From positions 54,114 through 118,113 of the forward strand of contig CAVUPH010000015.1 of assembly GCA_963743305.1 (NCBI GenBank): DNA of 64,000 nt, given 5' to 3'. Position numbers and translations under genes: made by a program. This document shows positions 51,087 through 60,832 of the stretch, piece by piece. Source of the DNA: an uncultured delta proteobacterium (GTDB lineage Bacteria; Desulfobacterota; RBG-13-43-22). Positions within the stretch are counted from its first letter, which is position 1. Each line of letters starts with the position of its first letter. The notes under the pieces are model-generated. The model saw only the letters and a list, made by a program, of their open reading frames with translations, did not search any database and was not told the origin of the DNA.

Positions 51087-52961
51087 ATGCGCGACGTTCA
51101 AGATCTTTCCATCTGTAAAGATGCCCAGCTTATGCTGAAGAAAGCGGCCGAGGACAACGTCGAGACGGTCTGGGACCGCTATTTGCAGCAGCAGCCTCCC
51201 TGCGGCTATTGCGAACTGGGGCTCTCCTGCCGCAACTGCGTCATGGGGCCCTGTCGGATCGACCCCTTCGGGGAAGGCCCGCAACGGGGCGTTTGCGGCG
51301 CCGATGCCGATATCATCGTGGCCCGCAACCTGTCCCGGATGATCGCCGCCGGGGCGGCCTCCCATTCCGACCACGGACGCGACCTGGTGGAGGTGTTACA
51401 CAAGATCGGCCAGGGACGGGCCCCGGGTTATGAAATCAAGGACCCGGAAAAAATGAAACGCCTGGCCTTGGAGTACGGCGTCCCGACGGAGAATCGGGAA
51501 ACCAAGGCGATTGCCCTGGAGCTGGCGGAAGCGATGATGGAAGACTATGGGATGAAGAAATCCCAGATCACCCTGGTCAACCGGGCCCCCCAGCAGCGTC
51601 TGGATCTCTGGAAAAAACTCCGGGTCCTGCCCCGGGGCATCGACCGCGAGACCTCGGAGATGATGCACCGGACCCACATGGGCGTGGACAACGACTGGGT
51701 CTCCCTGCTCCTGCAGGCGGTCCGCAACAGCCTCTCCGACGGTTTCGGCGGAGCCATGATCGGCACCGAGGTTTCGGATATCATCTTCGGCACCCCCCAG
51801 CCGGGGATGTCGGAAATGAACTTGGGAGTGCTCAAGGAAGACCAAGTCAACATCCTGGTCCACGGCCACAGCCCCGTTGTTTCCGAGATGATCTGCCTGG
51901 CAGCCGCTGATCCGGAGACAATCGCCCTGGCTAAATCCCGGGGGGCCCAGGGCATCAACATCGCCGGCCTCTGCTGTACGGGTAACGAGCTGATGATGCG
52001 CCGCCAGATCCCCATGGCCGGCAACCATCTCATGACCGAACTGACCCTGGTCACCGGGGCGGTGGAAGCCATGATCGTCGATTACCAGTGCATCATGCCT
52101 TCCCTGGGCCAGGTGGCCCAGTGTTACCATACCAAGATGTATTCCACCTCCGATAAGGCAAAATTCCCCTTCATGGAACACGTGGAATTCAATCCCGAGA
52201 ACGCCAAGGAACAGGCCTACCGGATCGTCCGGGAGTCCATCGAAAATTTCAGCCGGCGGATTAAGGAGAAGGTGAACATCCCGGTCCGGCCGGTCAAGAC
52301 CATGACCGGCTTTTCGGTAGAGGCCATCGTGGCCGCCCTGGGCGGGACGCTCACGCCGCTGATCGAGGCGATCAAGGCCGGCAAGATCAAGGGCGCCGTG
52401 GGGGTGGTGGGCTGTAACAATCCCAAGATCAAGCAGGACTACGGCCATGTAGAGCTGATCAAGCGTCTGATCGCCAACGATATCCTGGTCCTGACCACCG
52501 GCTGCGTCAACGTGGCCGCCGGCAAGGCCGGCCTGCAGGTCCCCGAGGCTAAAGACCTGGCCGGTCCGGGACTAAAGGAAATATGCGGCGCGTTGGGGAT
52601 TCCGCCTTCCCTCCATGTGGGCTCCTGCGTGGACAATTCGCGGATCCTGGTTATTGCTTGCGCCCTGGCCAACGCCCTGGGAGTGGATATCAGCCAACTG
52701 CCCCTGGCCGGTTCCGCCCCGGAGTGGTATTCCGAAAAGGCGGCCACGATCGCTTTCTATGTCATGGCCAGCGGGATCTTCACCCACCTGGGGGTCTTAC
52801 CCCCCATTTTGGGGAGCAAGAAGGTCACCGAACTGGCCACGAAAGGACTGAACGACGTCTTCGGGGCCTGCTTCGCCGTGGAACCGGACCCCATCAAGGC
52901 CGCCGAGTTGATTACCAACCACATCTTGGAAAAGCGAAAAGCTTTAGGTCTCAGCGTTTAG
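51087..52961 (+). CDS. cooS: Anaerobic Ni-dependent carbon monoxide dehydrogenase catalytic subunit
   Basis: CRNCVMGPCRI, GVCGA, HSDHG, HGHSP, GLCCTGNE, DYQC, GCNN, TGC, GSCVDN, EKA. Confidence 0.97.
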   Translation: MRDVQDLSICKDAQLMLKKAAEDNVETVWDRYLQQQPPCGYCELGLSCRNCVMGPCRIDPFGEGPQRGVCGADADIIVARNLSRMIAAGAASHSDHGRDLVEVLHKIGQGRAPGYEIKDPEKMKRLALEYGVPTENRETKAIALELAEAMMEDYGMKKSQITLVNRAPQQRLDLWKKLRVLPRGIDRETSEMMHRTHMGVDNDWVSLLLQAVRNSLSDGFGGAMIGTEVSDIIFGTPQPGMSEMNLGVLKEDQVNILVHGHSPVVSEMICLAAADPETIALAKSRGAQGINIAGLCCTGNELMMRRQIPMAGNHLMTELTLVTGAVEAMIVDYQCIMPSLGQVAQCYHTKMYSTSDKAKFPFMEHVEFNPENAKEQAYRIVRESIENFSRRIKEKVNIPVRPVKTMTGFSVEAIVAALGGTLTPLIEAIKAGKIKGAVGVVGCNNPKIKQDYGHVELIKRLIANDILVLTTGCVNVAAGKAGLQVPEAKDLAGPGLKEICGALGIPPSLHVGSCVDNSRILVIACALANALGVDISQLPLAGSAPEWYSEKAATIAFYVMASGIFTHLGVLPPILGSKKVTELATKGLNDVFGACFAVEPDPIKAAELITNHILEKRKALGLSV

Positions 52962-52975
52962 TCGATAGTAGCTAG

Positions 52976-53018
52976 ATGCAAAGAGGGTCCAGACTTAGGG
53001 TCTGGGCCCTCTTTGCAT
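52976..53018. terminator. Long hairpin, probable terminator between convergent cooS and TA genes
   Basis: ATGCAAAGAGGGTCCAGAC-ttagg-GTCTGGGCCCTCTTTGCAT (19-bp stem). Confidence 0.7.
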
Positions 53019-53124
53019 AAGCACTCCCTCCTGCCCATTTTTCGTTCCAGAATTATGACTTAATTCTTAAATACCCCCACCAGACTGACCGGCAATCCCA
53101 CCCATGATGCCGATAGGGATTCAC

Positions 53125-53632
53125 TCATAGAGTAAGGTCCGAAGGCCTGGCAACGTTTAGTTCGCTCACTTTTTGAAAGGCGGCATCAGCCGTGACCATA
53201 CACATCGGCCTGCAACCGGATGGCCGTGGCCAATAGGACGGAATCATTGGTCAAGAGCCCGTATTTGGTTTGGAGTTTGAGGGCATTTTTGAAAAAATCC
53301 TCCCTGGTGCACGACTCAAAGCCCAGCCCCAGGTCCAGCAGGGCCAGGACCTTGGCCCGGTATAGCCCCAGGGTTTTTACGACATTGGGTTGTTTTGCTA
53401 ATTTTCGGGCTGGATTGGGTCCGGAAATTTTTTCCAACATCAGGGCTTCAGAGAGCATTAGTTTGTGGGTCAGTTCCTGCCAGACGGTTTGCGGCAGAAC
53501 CCCGATCAGTTCCCCGGTGGAGCAACGCCTGATCAGTCGCTGGGCCTGCCGGGAAACCCCTTGCTCGCTATAAAGCAGAATATTCGTGTCTATAACACAA
53601 AGGCTGCCGTTGGAAATATCGTCGAGGTTCAT
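53125..53632 (-). CDS. PIN-domain (VapC-like) toxin, frameshift near the C-terminus (~53200)
   Basis: VIDTNILLY, YGLLTNDS; alternative frame continues VTADAAFQKV..RPSDL to a stop at 53125. Confidence 0.82.
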
Positions 53633-53872
53633 GAATCCCAGCTATCTTCTTCCAGGATTTCCCTGAACTGTTTTTGACTGAGGTGCATCGGACGTTCACA
53701 AAAAAGTTGGTAGGCGCTCTCCCGCTTTTTGGGATCGGGCATTCGATTCACTCAGGTAAGTGACAATGGCTTCCTGAATCACGTCGCTCAAAGGCCGGCC
53801 ATCTTCAAGGGCCCGATGTTTGGCCAGTTTAATAACCTCTTCTTCAATCAAAGTGCCGACTTTTATTTTCAT
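53629..53872 (-). CDS. Putative ribbon-helix-helix antitoxin, frameshifted (~53748)
   Basis: MKIKVGTLIEEEVIKLAKHRALEDGRPLSDVIQEAI; acidic tail EILEEDSWDS ends overlapping the toxin ATG (ATGA). Confidence 0.72.
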
Positions 53873-53896
53873 AATTTTTTTCCTCAGACACCGACC

Positions 53897-53980
53897 GTCA
53901 TCCCCGAGTGTATTAATCGGGGACCCAGCTTCGCACAAGGCAGGGACTAGATTCCCGCCCAAAATCGCCGCGGGAATGAC
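53897..53980. repeat. GTCATCCCCG...CGGGAATGAC palindromic element
   Basis: GTCATCCCCGAGTGTATTAATCGGGGACCCAG ... CTAGATTCCCGCCCAAAATCGCCGCGGGAATGAC; related half arm at 39177-39227. Confidence 0.75.
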
Positions 53981-54192
53981 GATGAGTGATGTTATTACTA
54001 TTTTGAGTCCGTTAATAAATCATGAATAAGGTAGATTTCTTGAATTGTCAAGAAAATACTATTTTTTCTTAATACATTTTTGCAAGAAGTTGCTTTCCGG
54101 CCCGTGTTTTTATAAAGTAGTAACCGCCAACCGACCAAATTGTGGTTTTTTTATATTGATGCTTATCTTCCAATAGATGGGTTGATATTAAT

Positions 54193-57100
54193 ATGAATGA
54201 CTTTTTAGATCCCCTCTCCCCCTTCCATCCCCTGATCCGCAAGTGGTTTACGGAAAGGCTGGGGGCGCCAACCAACATACAGTCACTCGCCTGGCCGGAA
54301 ATTGCGCGAGGGCGGCACGTCCTGGTTACGGCGCCCACGGGTAGCGGCAAGACGCTGACGGCCTTCCTCTGGGCCATCAACCAACTGGTCACCGGCGCCT
54401 GGGTCAGCGGTCGGACGCACGTCCTCTATGTCTCGCCGTTGAAGGCGCTGAATAATGACATCCGGCGCAACCTGGCCATCCCTCTGGAAGAGCTTCGCTC
54501 GTACTTTTTGAAGGCCGGCGCGGAGTTCCCGCCCATCGGCCTGCTGACCCGCAGCGGCGATACGCCGGCGGAAGAGCGGCGGCGCATGCGGCGCCGGCCC
54601 CCGGAAATCCTGATCACCACGCCGGAAAGCCTGAATCTGCTTTTGAGTTCCCGTAGCGGCCGGGAGATGCTGACGGGGATCGCTACGGTTATCCTGGACG
54701 AGATCCACGCCGTGATCGGCACCAAACGAGGGACCCATCTGATTACGGCCGTCGATCGCCTGGTCCGTCTTTCCGGCGAATTCCAGCGCCTGGCCCTGTC
54801 GGCGACGGTGAAGCCCCTGGCCATCGTAGCCGAGTTTATCGGCGGGTCCATTCTGAAAGGCGACGGGCCCTCTGGCTATTATGAAAAACGGACGGTGGCG
54901 ATTATTCAATCGAAGGACACCAAGCGCTATGGGATCGAGGTCCTTTTCCCTCCGGACGTCCGGGAAGAGCCGGCCGATGCCTCCCGGTGGCCGGTCCTGG
55001 CTGCCGCCTTCCGGGAAGTCATCCGGGCCCATCGCTCCACCCTGCTCTTTGCCAACAGCCGCCGCCTGGCGGAAAAGGTCACCCGCCTGATCAATGAGGG
55101 CCTAACGGAGGAGCTGGCCTATTCCCACCACGGCTCCCTCTCCCGGGAGATCCGCCTGGCCGTGGAACAGCGGTTGAAAAACGGCGAGTTGAAGGCTATC
55201 GTCGCCACCAGTTCCCTGGAGCTCGGCATCGATATCGGCGAACTGGACCTCGTCGTGCTCATCCAGACGCCGCCCTCCATATCCGCGGCCATTCAGCGGA
55301 TCGGGCGTTCCGGCCACCGCGTGGGAGGGATCAGCCGAGGACTGCTCTATCCCACCCACGGTTTTGATTTTCTGACCGCCGCCGTTATCGCCAAGAGCAT
55401 TACGGATCAGGATATCGAAGCCGTCCGGCCCATTGAAGGACCGCTGGATGTCTTGGCTCAGGTGATCCTTTCCCTGACCGGTCTGGAACAATGGGATATC
55501 GATGAATTGTTCTCCTTCATCAAAACCAGCTACCCCTACCGCCGCCTCTCCCGCCGGCAATTCGACCTGGTCCTGGAAATGCTGGCCGGGGGATACGCGG
55601 AAACGAGGCTCCGGGAACTTAAACCGCGCCTCTCCCTGGATAAACTCGACGGCACCGTCCACGGTCGGGAGGGGGTGCTGCGTTTGCTCTATCTATCGGG
55701 CGGAACCATCCCGGACCGCGGCTATTATGATTTGCGGATTGCGGACTCCAAGGCCAAGATCGGCGAACTGGACGAAGAATTTGTCTGGGAACGGAGCCTC
55801 GGCGACACCTTCACCCTGGGCGCCCAGGTCTGGCGGATTCAAAAGGTGACCCACAACGAGGTAGAGGTACTGCCGGCGGAGGTCAAACCCGGCATCTTCC
55901 CTTTCTGGAAGGCCGAGGACTTAAATCGGGATTTTCACTTTTCGGAAAAGATCCTGCTGTTCCTGGAACGATTCCAGGTTCGGTCTGAAGTTTCCTTTTG
56001 GAAAGAGGAACTGCGGCGGGAATATTTCATGGAAGAGACGGCGGCGGCCGAACTCCTCGGGTTTCTAAAAAGACAACGGGAGGCGACCCGGTCCGAGCTC
56101 CCTCACCGGCATCATCTGCTGATCGAGCACTTCCAGGATCCCCTGAGCCCCGCGGACGGCCGGCAAGTTATTCTGCATACGCTCTGGGGCGGAAAAATCA
56201 ACCGCCCTTTTAGCCTGGCCTTGCAGGCGGCCTGGGAAGAGAAGACTCACACGCGTCTGGAAATCTTCCAGAACAACGACGGCCTCTTATTCCTGCTGCC
56301 GCACGACGTCTCCGCCGCGGAGGTCCTGACCCTGGTAACGCCGGAAAACCTGGAACGGCTGCTCCGGCGGACGCTGGAGCAGAGCGGGTTTTTCGGGGCG
56401 AAATTCCGGGAAAACGCCGGCCGGGCACTGTTGCTCCCCCGCGGGGATTTCAAAAAGCGCCTGCCCCTCTGGCTGAACCGACTCCGGTCCAAGACGTTGC
56501 TGGAAGCCGTTCAGGCCTATCCGGATTTTCCCATTTTGCTGGAAACTTGGCGCACCTGCCTGCAGGATGAGTTTGACCTGGACCATTTAAAGCAACTGCT
56601 CGACGAAATCCGCGGCGGTCTGATAAAAATCACCGAGGCCGCCACCACCGCGGCCTCTCCCTTCGCCGACGGCCTGATCTATAGACAGACCAATGTCCAC
56701 ATGTATGCGGACGACTCGCCCCGGCAGGAGAAAGCCTCCGCGTTGAGCCAGGAACTGCTAAAGGAAGTACTGTTTTCCCAGCGCCTCCGACCGCGCCTTT
56801 CCCCGGACCTCAGCGCCGCGCTGGAAAAAAAGCTGAAGCGAACGGCCCCGGGCTATGCCCCCCGATCGGCCGCCGACCTCCTGGACTGGATCAAAGAGCG
56901 GGTCCTGATTCCGGCGCCTGAGTGGCAGGAGCTTAAAGTAGCCATGGATCGTGATCGCGGAAGTTCGCCGGACGACCGAATTACTGCCATCAGAGAAAAG
57001 ATCTTCTCCCTGCGGCTGCCCGGGGCCTCGCTGGACCTGATTGGCGCTATAGAAAATCTGGGCCGGATCACCAAGGCCTTTCAAATCCAACCCGGGAAGT

Positions 57101-58698
57101 TGACGGTTCGGGATGTATTTTCCGGTGCCCCCTTGTCCGGCCGGGCCGCTTATTGGGTCGACACCGTATTAAAAAAATCCCCTTCAAAAAAAGCCGATCA
57201 GGAGGAGAACCCGCTGCCTGATCTCTTCCAGCAGTGGCTTTCCTTCTACGGACCGATCCGGAAATCTTCTCTGAAAGAGGTGCTGGGTCTCGAGGGTGCC
57301 CGACTGGATGACCTGTTGGCCGGCTTGGCGGAGGCCCAGGAAGTGGTACTCGACCTGTTGACGGAACAGGCCGAAGAGCTGGAAATTTGTGACCGGGAAA
57401 ACCTGGAAATCCTGCTCCGGATGGCCCGCAGGTCCCGCCAGCCTTCCTTCCAGGCCCTCGACCTGGGCCGGCTGCCGTTGTTTCTGGCCGCCTGGCAGGG
57501 CCTCACCCGACCGGGCCACTCGCCCGATGAGCTTCAAGGGATCCTGGATCAGCTCTTTGGATTCCCGGCCGCCGCCGACGCCTGGGAGAAACAGTTGCTG
57601 CCGGCCCGCTTATCACCCTATTACGGGGCTTGGCTGGACGGCCTGATCCACTCCGGTCCTCTCCTCTGGTTCGGCTGCGGCCTTCGGAAATTGAGCCTGA
57701 CCTTCTCCGACGACCTGGAACTCTTCCTCGATCCGGGCCGTGCCGGATCCGGATCGAAAACAGCGGAGACGAAGACCGGGGAGGAGGAACTGGCCCGTCT
57801 GCTGCCCCGGGAAATCGGGCGTTACGGCCTGCTGGATATTATCCGCCATTCAAAAATGGACAGCCGGACCGTAACCGGGAAACTCTGGGACCTGGTCTGG
57901 CAGGGGCGGATCACCAATGACGCCTTCACCACCCTGCGCCAGGGGATCGTGACGGACTTTGCTCCGTTTCCTTTAAATGAGGCCGGCCCCCGCCCTTCCC
58001 GATCGGCCTTTAACCGCTGGGCCGCTACTCGCCCGCTGTCCGGAAACTGGTACGCTATCGATCTCGATAAGATGGATAAAGATCCCATCGCGGAAGCGGA
58101 ATTGGTCAAGGACCGGGTCCGCCAGCTCCTCCGGCGCTATGGTCTCCTCTTCCGGGAACTGGTAGCGGGCGAGCTGCCGCTGCTTCGCTGGTCCAGGGTA
58201 TTCAAGGCCCTGCGACTCATGGAGCTTTCCGGCGAAATCCTCTCCGGACATTTTTTTCAAGGTATCCCCGGCCTGCAATTCATCTCCCCCGAGGCCTTCC
58301 GGTTCTTAAACGAACCCCAGACGGAGGACCCCGTTTACTGGCTGAATGCCGTTGACCCGGCCTCGCTTTGCGGGATCAAACTGGAGGCCTGGAAGGGCCT
58401 CCTCCCCAGCCGCCGGCCTTCGACGCATCTGGTCTACCGAGGATCCCGACTGGTCGTCATTTCCCGCCGCAATGGCGGGTCCCTGGAAATGCGGATCCCC
58501 CCCGATGATCCGCGTCTTCCCGACTACCTGACCTTTTTTAAGGTGCTGCTCACCCGGGAATTCAGTCCCGAAAAAATCATACTGGTGGATACGATCAACG
58601 GAAAGCCTGCCCTGGAAAGCGAATACGCCGGTCCTTTGAAGGACTTCGGCTTTAACGGAGGGTATAAAGGATTGGAGCTGGTGAAGAAATACGGTTGA
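54193..58698 (+). CDS. lhr: Lhr-family ATP-dependent SF2 helicase, long form
   Basis: APTGSGKT, SPLKALNNDI, TTPESL, DEIH, HHGSLS, SLELGIDIG, QRIGRSGH, GGTIPDRG, LDEEFV, LLRRYG, NAVDPASL. Confidence 0.93.
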   Translation: MNDFLDPLSPFHPLIRKWFTERLGAPTNIQSLAWPEIARGRHVLVTAPTGSGKTLTAFLWAINQLVTGAWVSGRTHVLYVSPLKALNNDIRRNLAIPLEELRSYFLKAGAEFPPIGLLTRSGDTPAEERRRMRRRPPEILITTPESLNLLLSSRSGREMLTGIATVILDEIHAVIGTKRGTHLITAVDRLVRLSGEFQRLALSATVKPLAIVAEFIGGSILKGDGPSGYYEKRTVAIIQSKDTKRYGIEVLFPPDVREEPADASRWPVLAAAFREVIRAHRSTLLFANSRRLAEKVTRLINEGLTEELAYSHHGSLSREIRLAVEQRLKNGELKAIVATSSLELGIDIGELDLVVLIQTPPSISAAIQRIGRSGHRVGGISRGLLYPTHGFDFLTAAVIAKSITDQDIEAVRPIEGPLDVLAQVILSLTGLEQWDIDELFSFIKTSYPYRRLSRRQFDLVLEMLAGGYAETRLRELKPRLSLDKLDGTVHGREGVLRLLYLSGGTIPDRGYYDLRIADSKAKIGELDEEFVWERSLGDTFTLGAQVWRIQKVTHNEVEVLPAEVKPGIFPFWKAEDLNRDFHFSEKILLFLERFQVRSEVSFWKEELRREYFMEETAAAELLGFLKRQREATRSELPHRHHLLIEHFQDPLSPADGRQVILHTLWGGKINRPFSLALQAAWEEKTHTRLEIFQNNDGLLFLLPHDVSAAEVLTLVTPENLERLLRRTLEQSGFFGAKFRENAGRALLLPRGDFKKRLPLWLNRLRSKTLLEAVQAYPDFPILLETWRTCLQDEFDLDHLKQLLDEIRGGLIKITEAATTAASPFADGLIYRQTNVHMYADDSPRQEKASALSQELLKEVLFSQRLRPRLSPDLSAALEKKLKRTAPGYAPRSAADLLDWIKERVLIPAPEWQELKVAMDRDRGSSPDDRITAIREKIFSLRLPGASLDLIGAIENLGRITKAFQIQPGKLTVRDVFSGAPLSGRAAYWVDTVLKKSPSKKADQEENPLPDLFQQWLSFYGPIRKSSLKEVLGLEGARLDDLLAGLAEAQEVVLDLLTEQAEELEICDRENLEILLRMARRSRQPSFQALDLGRLPLFLAAWQGLTRPGHSPDELQGILDQLFGFPAAADAWEKQLLPARLSPYYGAWLDGLIHSGPLLWFGCGLRKLSLTFSDDLELFLDPGRAGSGSKTAETKTGEEELARLLPREIGRYGLLDIIRHSKMDSRTVTGKLWDLVWQGRITNDAFTTLRQGIVTDFAPFPLNEAGPRPSRSAFNRWAATRPLSGNWYAIDLDKMDKDPIAEAELVKDRVRQLLRRYGLLFRELVAGELPLLRWSRVFKALRLMELSGEILSGHFFQGIPGLQFISPEAFRFLNEPQTEDPVYWLNAVDPASLCGIKLEAWKGLLPSRRPSTHLVYRGSRLVVISRRNGGSLEMRIPPDDPRLPDYLTFFKVLLTREFSPEKIILVDTINGKPALESEYAGPLKDFGFNGGYKGLELVKKYG

Positions 58699-58819
58699 TT
58701 GCCTGGGGACCCAAATTTAACAAGCCCCGGGTGTCGGGCAGGATGCCAAGAGGGGGAAGGCCGGCAAGTTACTCCGGAGACGCGGCCCTCCCTCTTCTGA
58801 AATTCATCCATCCGGCCCT

Positions 58820-59437
58820 TTATTCATGCATCATCATCATCGGCCCGGTTTTAATCATATCCCCCAACTTTTTACGCTGTTCCGGGGTCAATTGGGCTTT
58901 GATATTTTCCAGGATCTTTATATGAGCCAGGTGCATCTCGGTCCTCAAAGATCCCAATTGCCTCACCTTGGCTTCGACGGCCTTCATATCCAGCGGATCC
59001 TGGAGGAGAAGATCACCGAGTTCCAGGCGGGCGATGCTGATGTCCGCCATCCTCCTGATCGTATCTTTTTTCATGCTGCTCCTGATCTCACCGATCGCTT
59101 TTTTTTGCTGGTCGTTCAGGCCAAGACCATCAAGAATCATCGCCAAGTGATGCTCGGTCTCCATCATTCGACCACCCATCATGCCCTGGCCGCCCATCAT
59201 TCCGTGACCCATACCCTGGCCGCCCATCATGCCGTGACCGCCCATGCAGCCGCCTTCCATCCTGGCAGGTCCCGCCCCGCCTCCGGCGTGGTCATGTCCG
59301 CCCGGAGCGGTAGGCCCCGATAGTGGAGCGGCCGGCACGACATGCCCCGCATGCCCGCTTGTTTGCCCATAAGTCAGGGTGGTTAAAGCCATAATTGAAA
59401 TTAAGGTAATGATCCCGCTGACAATTAATTTGTTCAT
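58820..59437 (-). CDS. Spy/CpxP family periplasmic protein
   Basis: Signal peptide, GHGMMGG repeats, LGLNDQQ and LTPEQR motifs. Confidence 0.85.
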   Translation of the reverse strand: MNKLIVSGIITLISIMALTTLTYGQTSGHAGHVVPAAPLSGPTAPGGHDHAGGGAGPARMEGGCMGGHGMMGGQGMGHGMMGGQGMMGGRMMETEHHLAMILDGLGLNDQQKKAIGEIRSSMKKDTIRRMADISIARLELGDLLLQDPLDMKAVEAKVRQLGSLRTEMHLAHIKILENIKAQLTPEQRKKLGDMIKTGPMMMMHE

Positions 59438-59575
59438 ACAAATCCTCCTCTTCTGTTTTTAATCTTTGTTATTATTCTATTCGATACGGGCGAGAATATA
59501 AATAAGGTCAACCCGGTATTTTTTGGACAAAAAGACGGTAGAAAGTGCTTATCCCTTTGATATCCCGGCCGGACC

Positions 59576-60385
59576 TCATCGCCGGTTTCTTTCCCTCCGA
59601 TTTAAACCGGCCTGCCGCTGATATTCCTTTTTGACAGTCTCCGGGCCGTACTTTCGTTCCAGGCGCCGGATGATGAAGTGGCCGCTGGCCATGGACTGAA
59701 AATGGGAGACAAACAGCAGGTTGATCAAGGCGCCGCCCAAGGCGCCGATCAGGGGGATCATTTCGGCCAGCGCCTTTTCCGAAACCACCACTCCGAAACG
59801 CGACGTGACCACGGTCATCAGTCGAATCAAAAGGGGGGCCCCCTCCTGGACCGCTCCCCGGCCGGCCAGAAACTCCGTTGCTTCGGATACCAGCCTGGCC
59901 AGCGAGGCCCGCACTGCGTAATAGCCGGTTTCCGCGGCATCATCTTCCGACCGGACCCCTCCCAGGGTAAAAACTTCCAGGCAGGCCCATCGAGCCTCCA
60001 GGGTTTCCAGATCCTCGCCCTCCGATTGGGCCACGGCCGCGATGGCCCGCAGCATCAAAACAGTCGAGACCGGCAGTTCAACGAGCAGACCCGGCAGGCC
60101 CCAAAAGCCGCCCAAGGCACCGCTGAGCATGACCAGGCCGCGGTGGGTTCCCTTCGATGATCCGAGCGCCGACCCTTTTCCCAGGGAATCGATCGCCCAT
60201 CCTAGGAATCGACCCAGAGCCCTTTCCGTTACCCAGCGGATCACCAGCGACAGCGGTTTGGGCAGGACCCGGATCAGAGCCTCGATGGGAGCCCCCAGAA
60301 AATTGATCAAGCGAATGGCCCAGCCGGGGTGTTCCAGTCCTTGAACGGCCGATTCCAGGTCCTGAAGGTCTTTGGTTTCCCACAC
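59576..60385 (-). CDS. EcsC family protein
   Basis: GALGGFWGLPGLLVELPVSTVLMLRAIA..EGEDL, ETGYYAVR, GHFIIRRLERKYG. Confidence 0.82.
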   Translation of the reverse strand: MWETKDLQDLESAVQGLEHPGWAIRLINFLGAPIEALIRVLPKPLSLVIRWVTERALGRFLGWAIDSLGKGSALGSSKGTHRGLVMLSGALGGFWGLPGLLVELPVSTVLMLRAIAAVAQSEGEDLETLEARWACLEVFTLGGVRSEDDAAETGYYAVRASLARLVSEATEFLAGRGAVQEGAPLLIRLMTVVTSRFGVVVSEKALAEMIPLIGALGGALINLLFVSHFQSMASGHFIIRRLERKYGPETVKKEYQRQAGLNRRERNRR

Positions 60386-60414
60386 GGAAGGTACCGGATA
60401 AGTACTTGGCCGAT

Positions 60415-60822
60415 TTACAAGGCTTTAAATACCTTGGCCAGAGATTCGCCATAGACCGACAGGTCCCATTCGCAGACATACCCGAAAGGGGTGATCCACA
60501 CCTCGTACCCCGTGCCCCGCACCGCTCGGCCAGCCGTTCGAGGAAAGATGGGCGAATTCCGGAGCCGCCGTTTCTCCCCCCAGGTGGGTGAAGAGTGGAG
60601 AACCACCTTTTTTAAACCCCGCTTGTTGGCCAGCCATTTGATGTTTTTCAGAGTCTTGGAAAAGATGGAATCCAGGCTTTCCTCATCCCGGCCTTCCGCC
60701 TGCAGGAAGATTACGGCAGCTTCGTGGATTTCCTCTTCCAGATTCAAATCCGGGACCTGCTCCAGGGTTTTTTCAAAGGTGCGGAACCGGAACCGCTTGG
60801 CCTGAAACATCAATAATTTCAT
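60415..60822 (-). CDS. Stand-alone threonyl-tRNA synthetase editing-domain protein (archaeal-type), with compensating frameshifts
   Basis: MKLLMF, LKNIKWLANK, VVLHS(FTHLGG in the adjacent frame), TPFGY. Confidence 0.75.
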   Translation of the reverse strand: MKLLMFQAKRFRFRTFEKTLEQVPDLNLEEEIHEAAVIFLQAEGRDEESLDSIFSKTLKNIKWLANKRGLKKVVLHSSPTWGEKRRLRNSPIFPRTAGRAVRGTGYEVWITPFGYVCEWDLSVYGESLAKVFKAL

Positions 60823-60832
60823 TTTGCTCCCT

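Noticed and set aside
59160-59260. Tandem CCCATCATGCC-like repeats
   Set aside because: They encode the GHGMMGG linker common in Spy/CpxP proteins.
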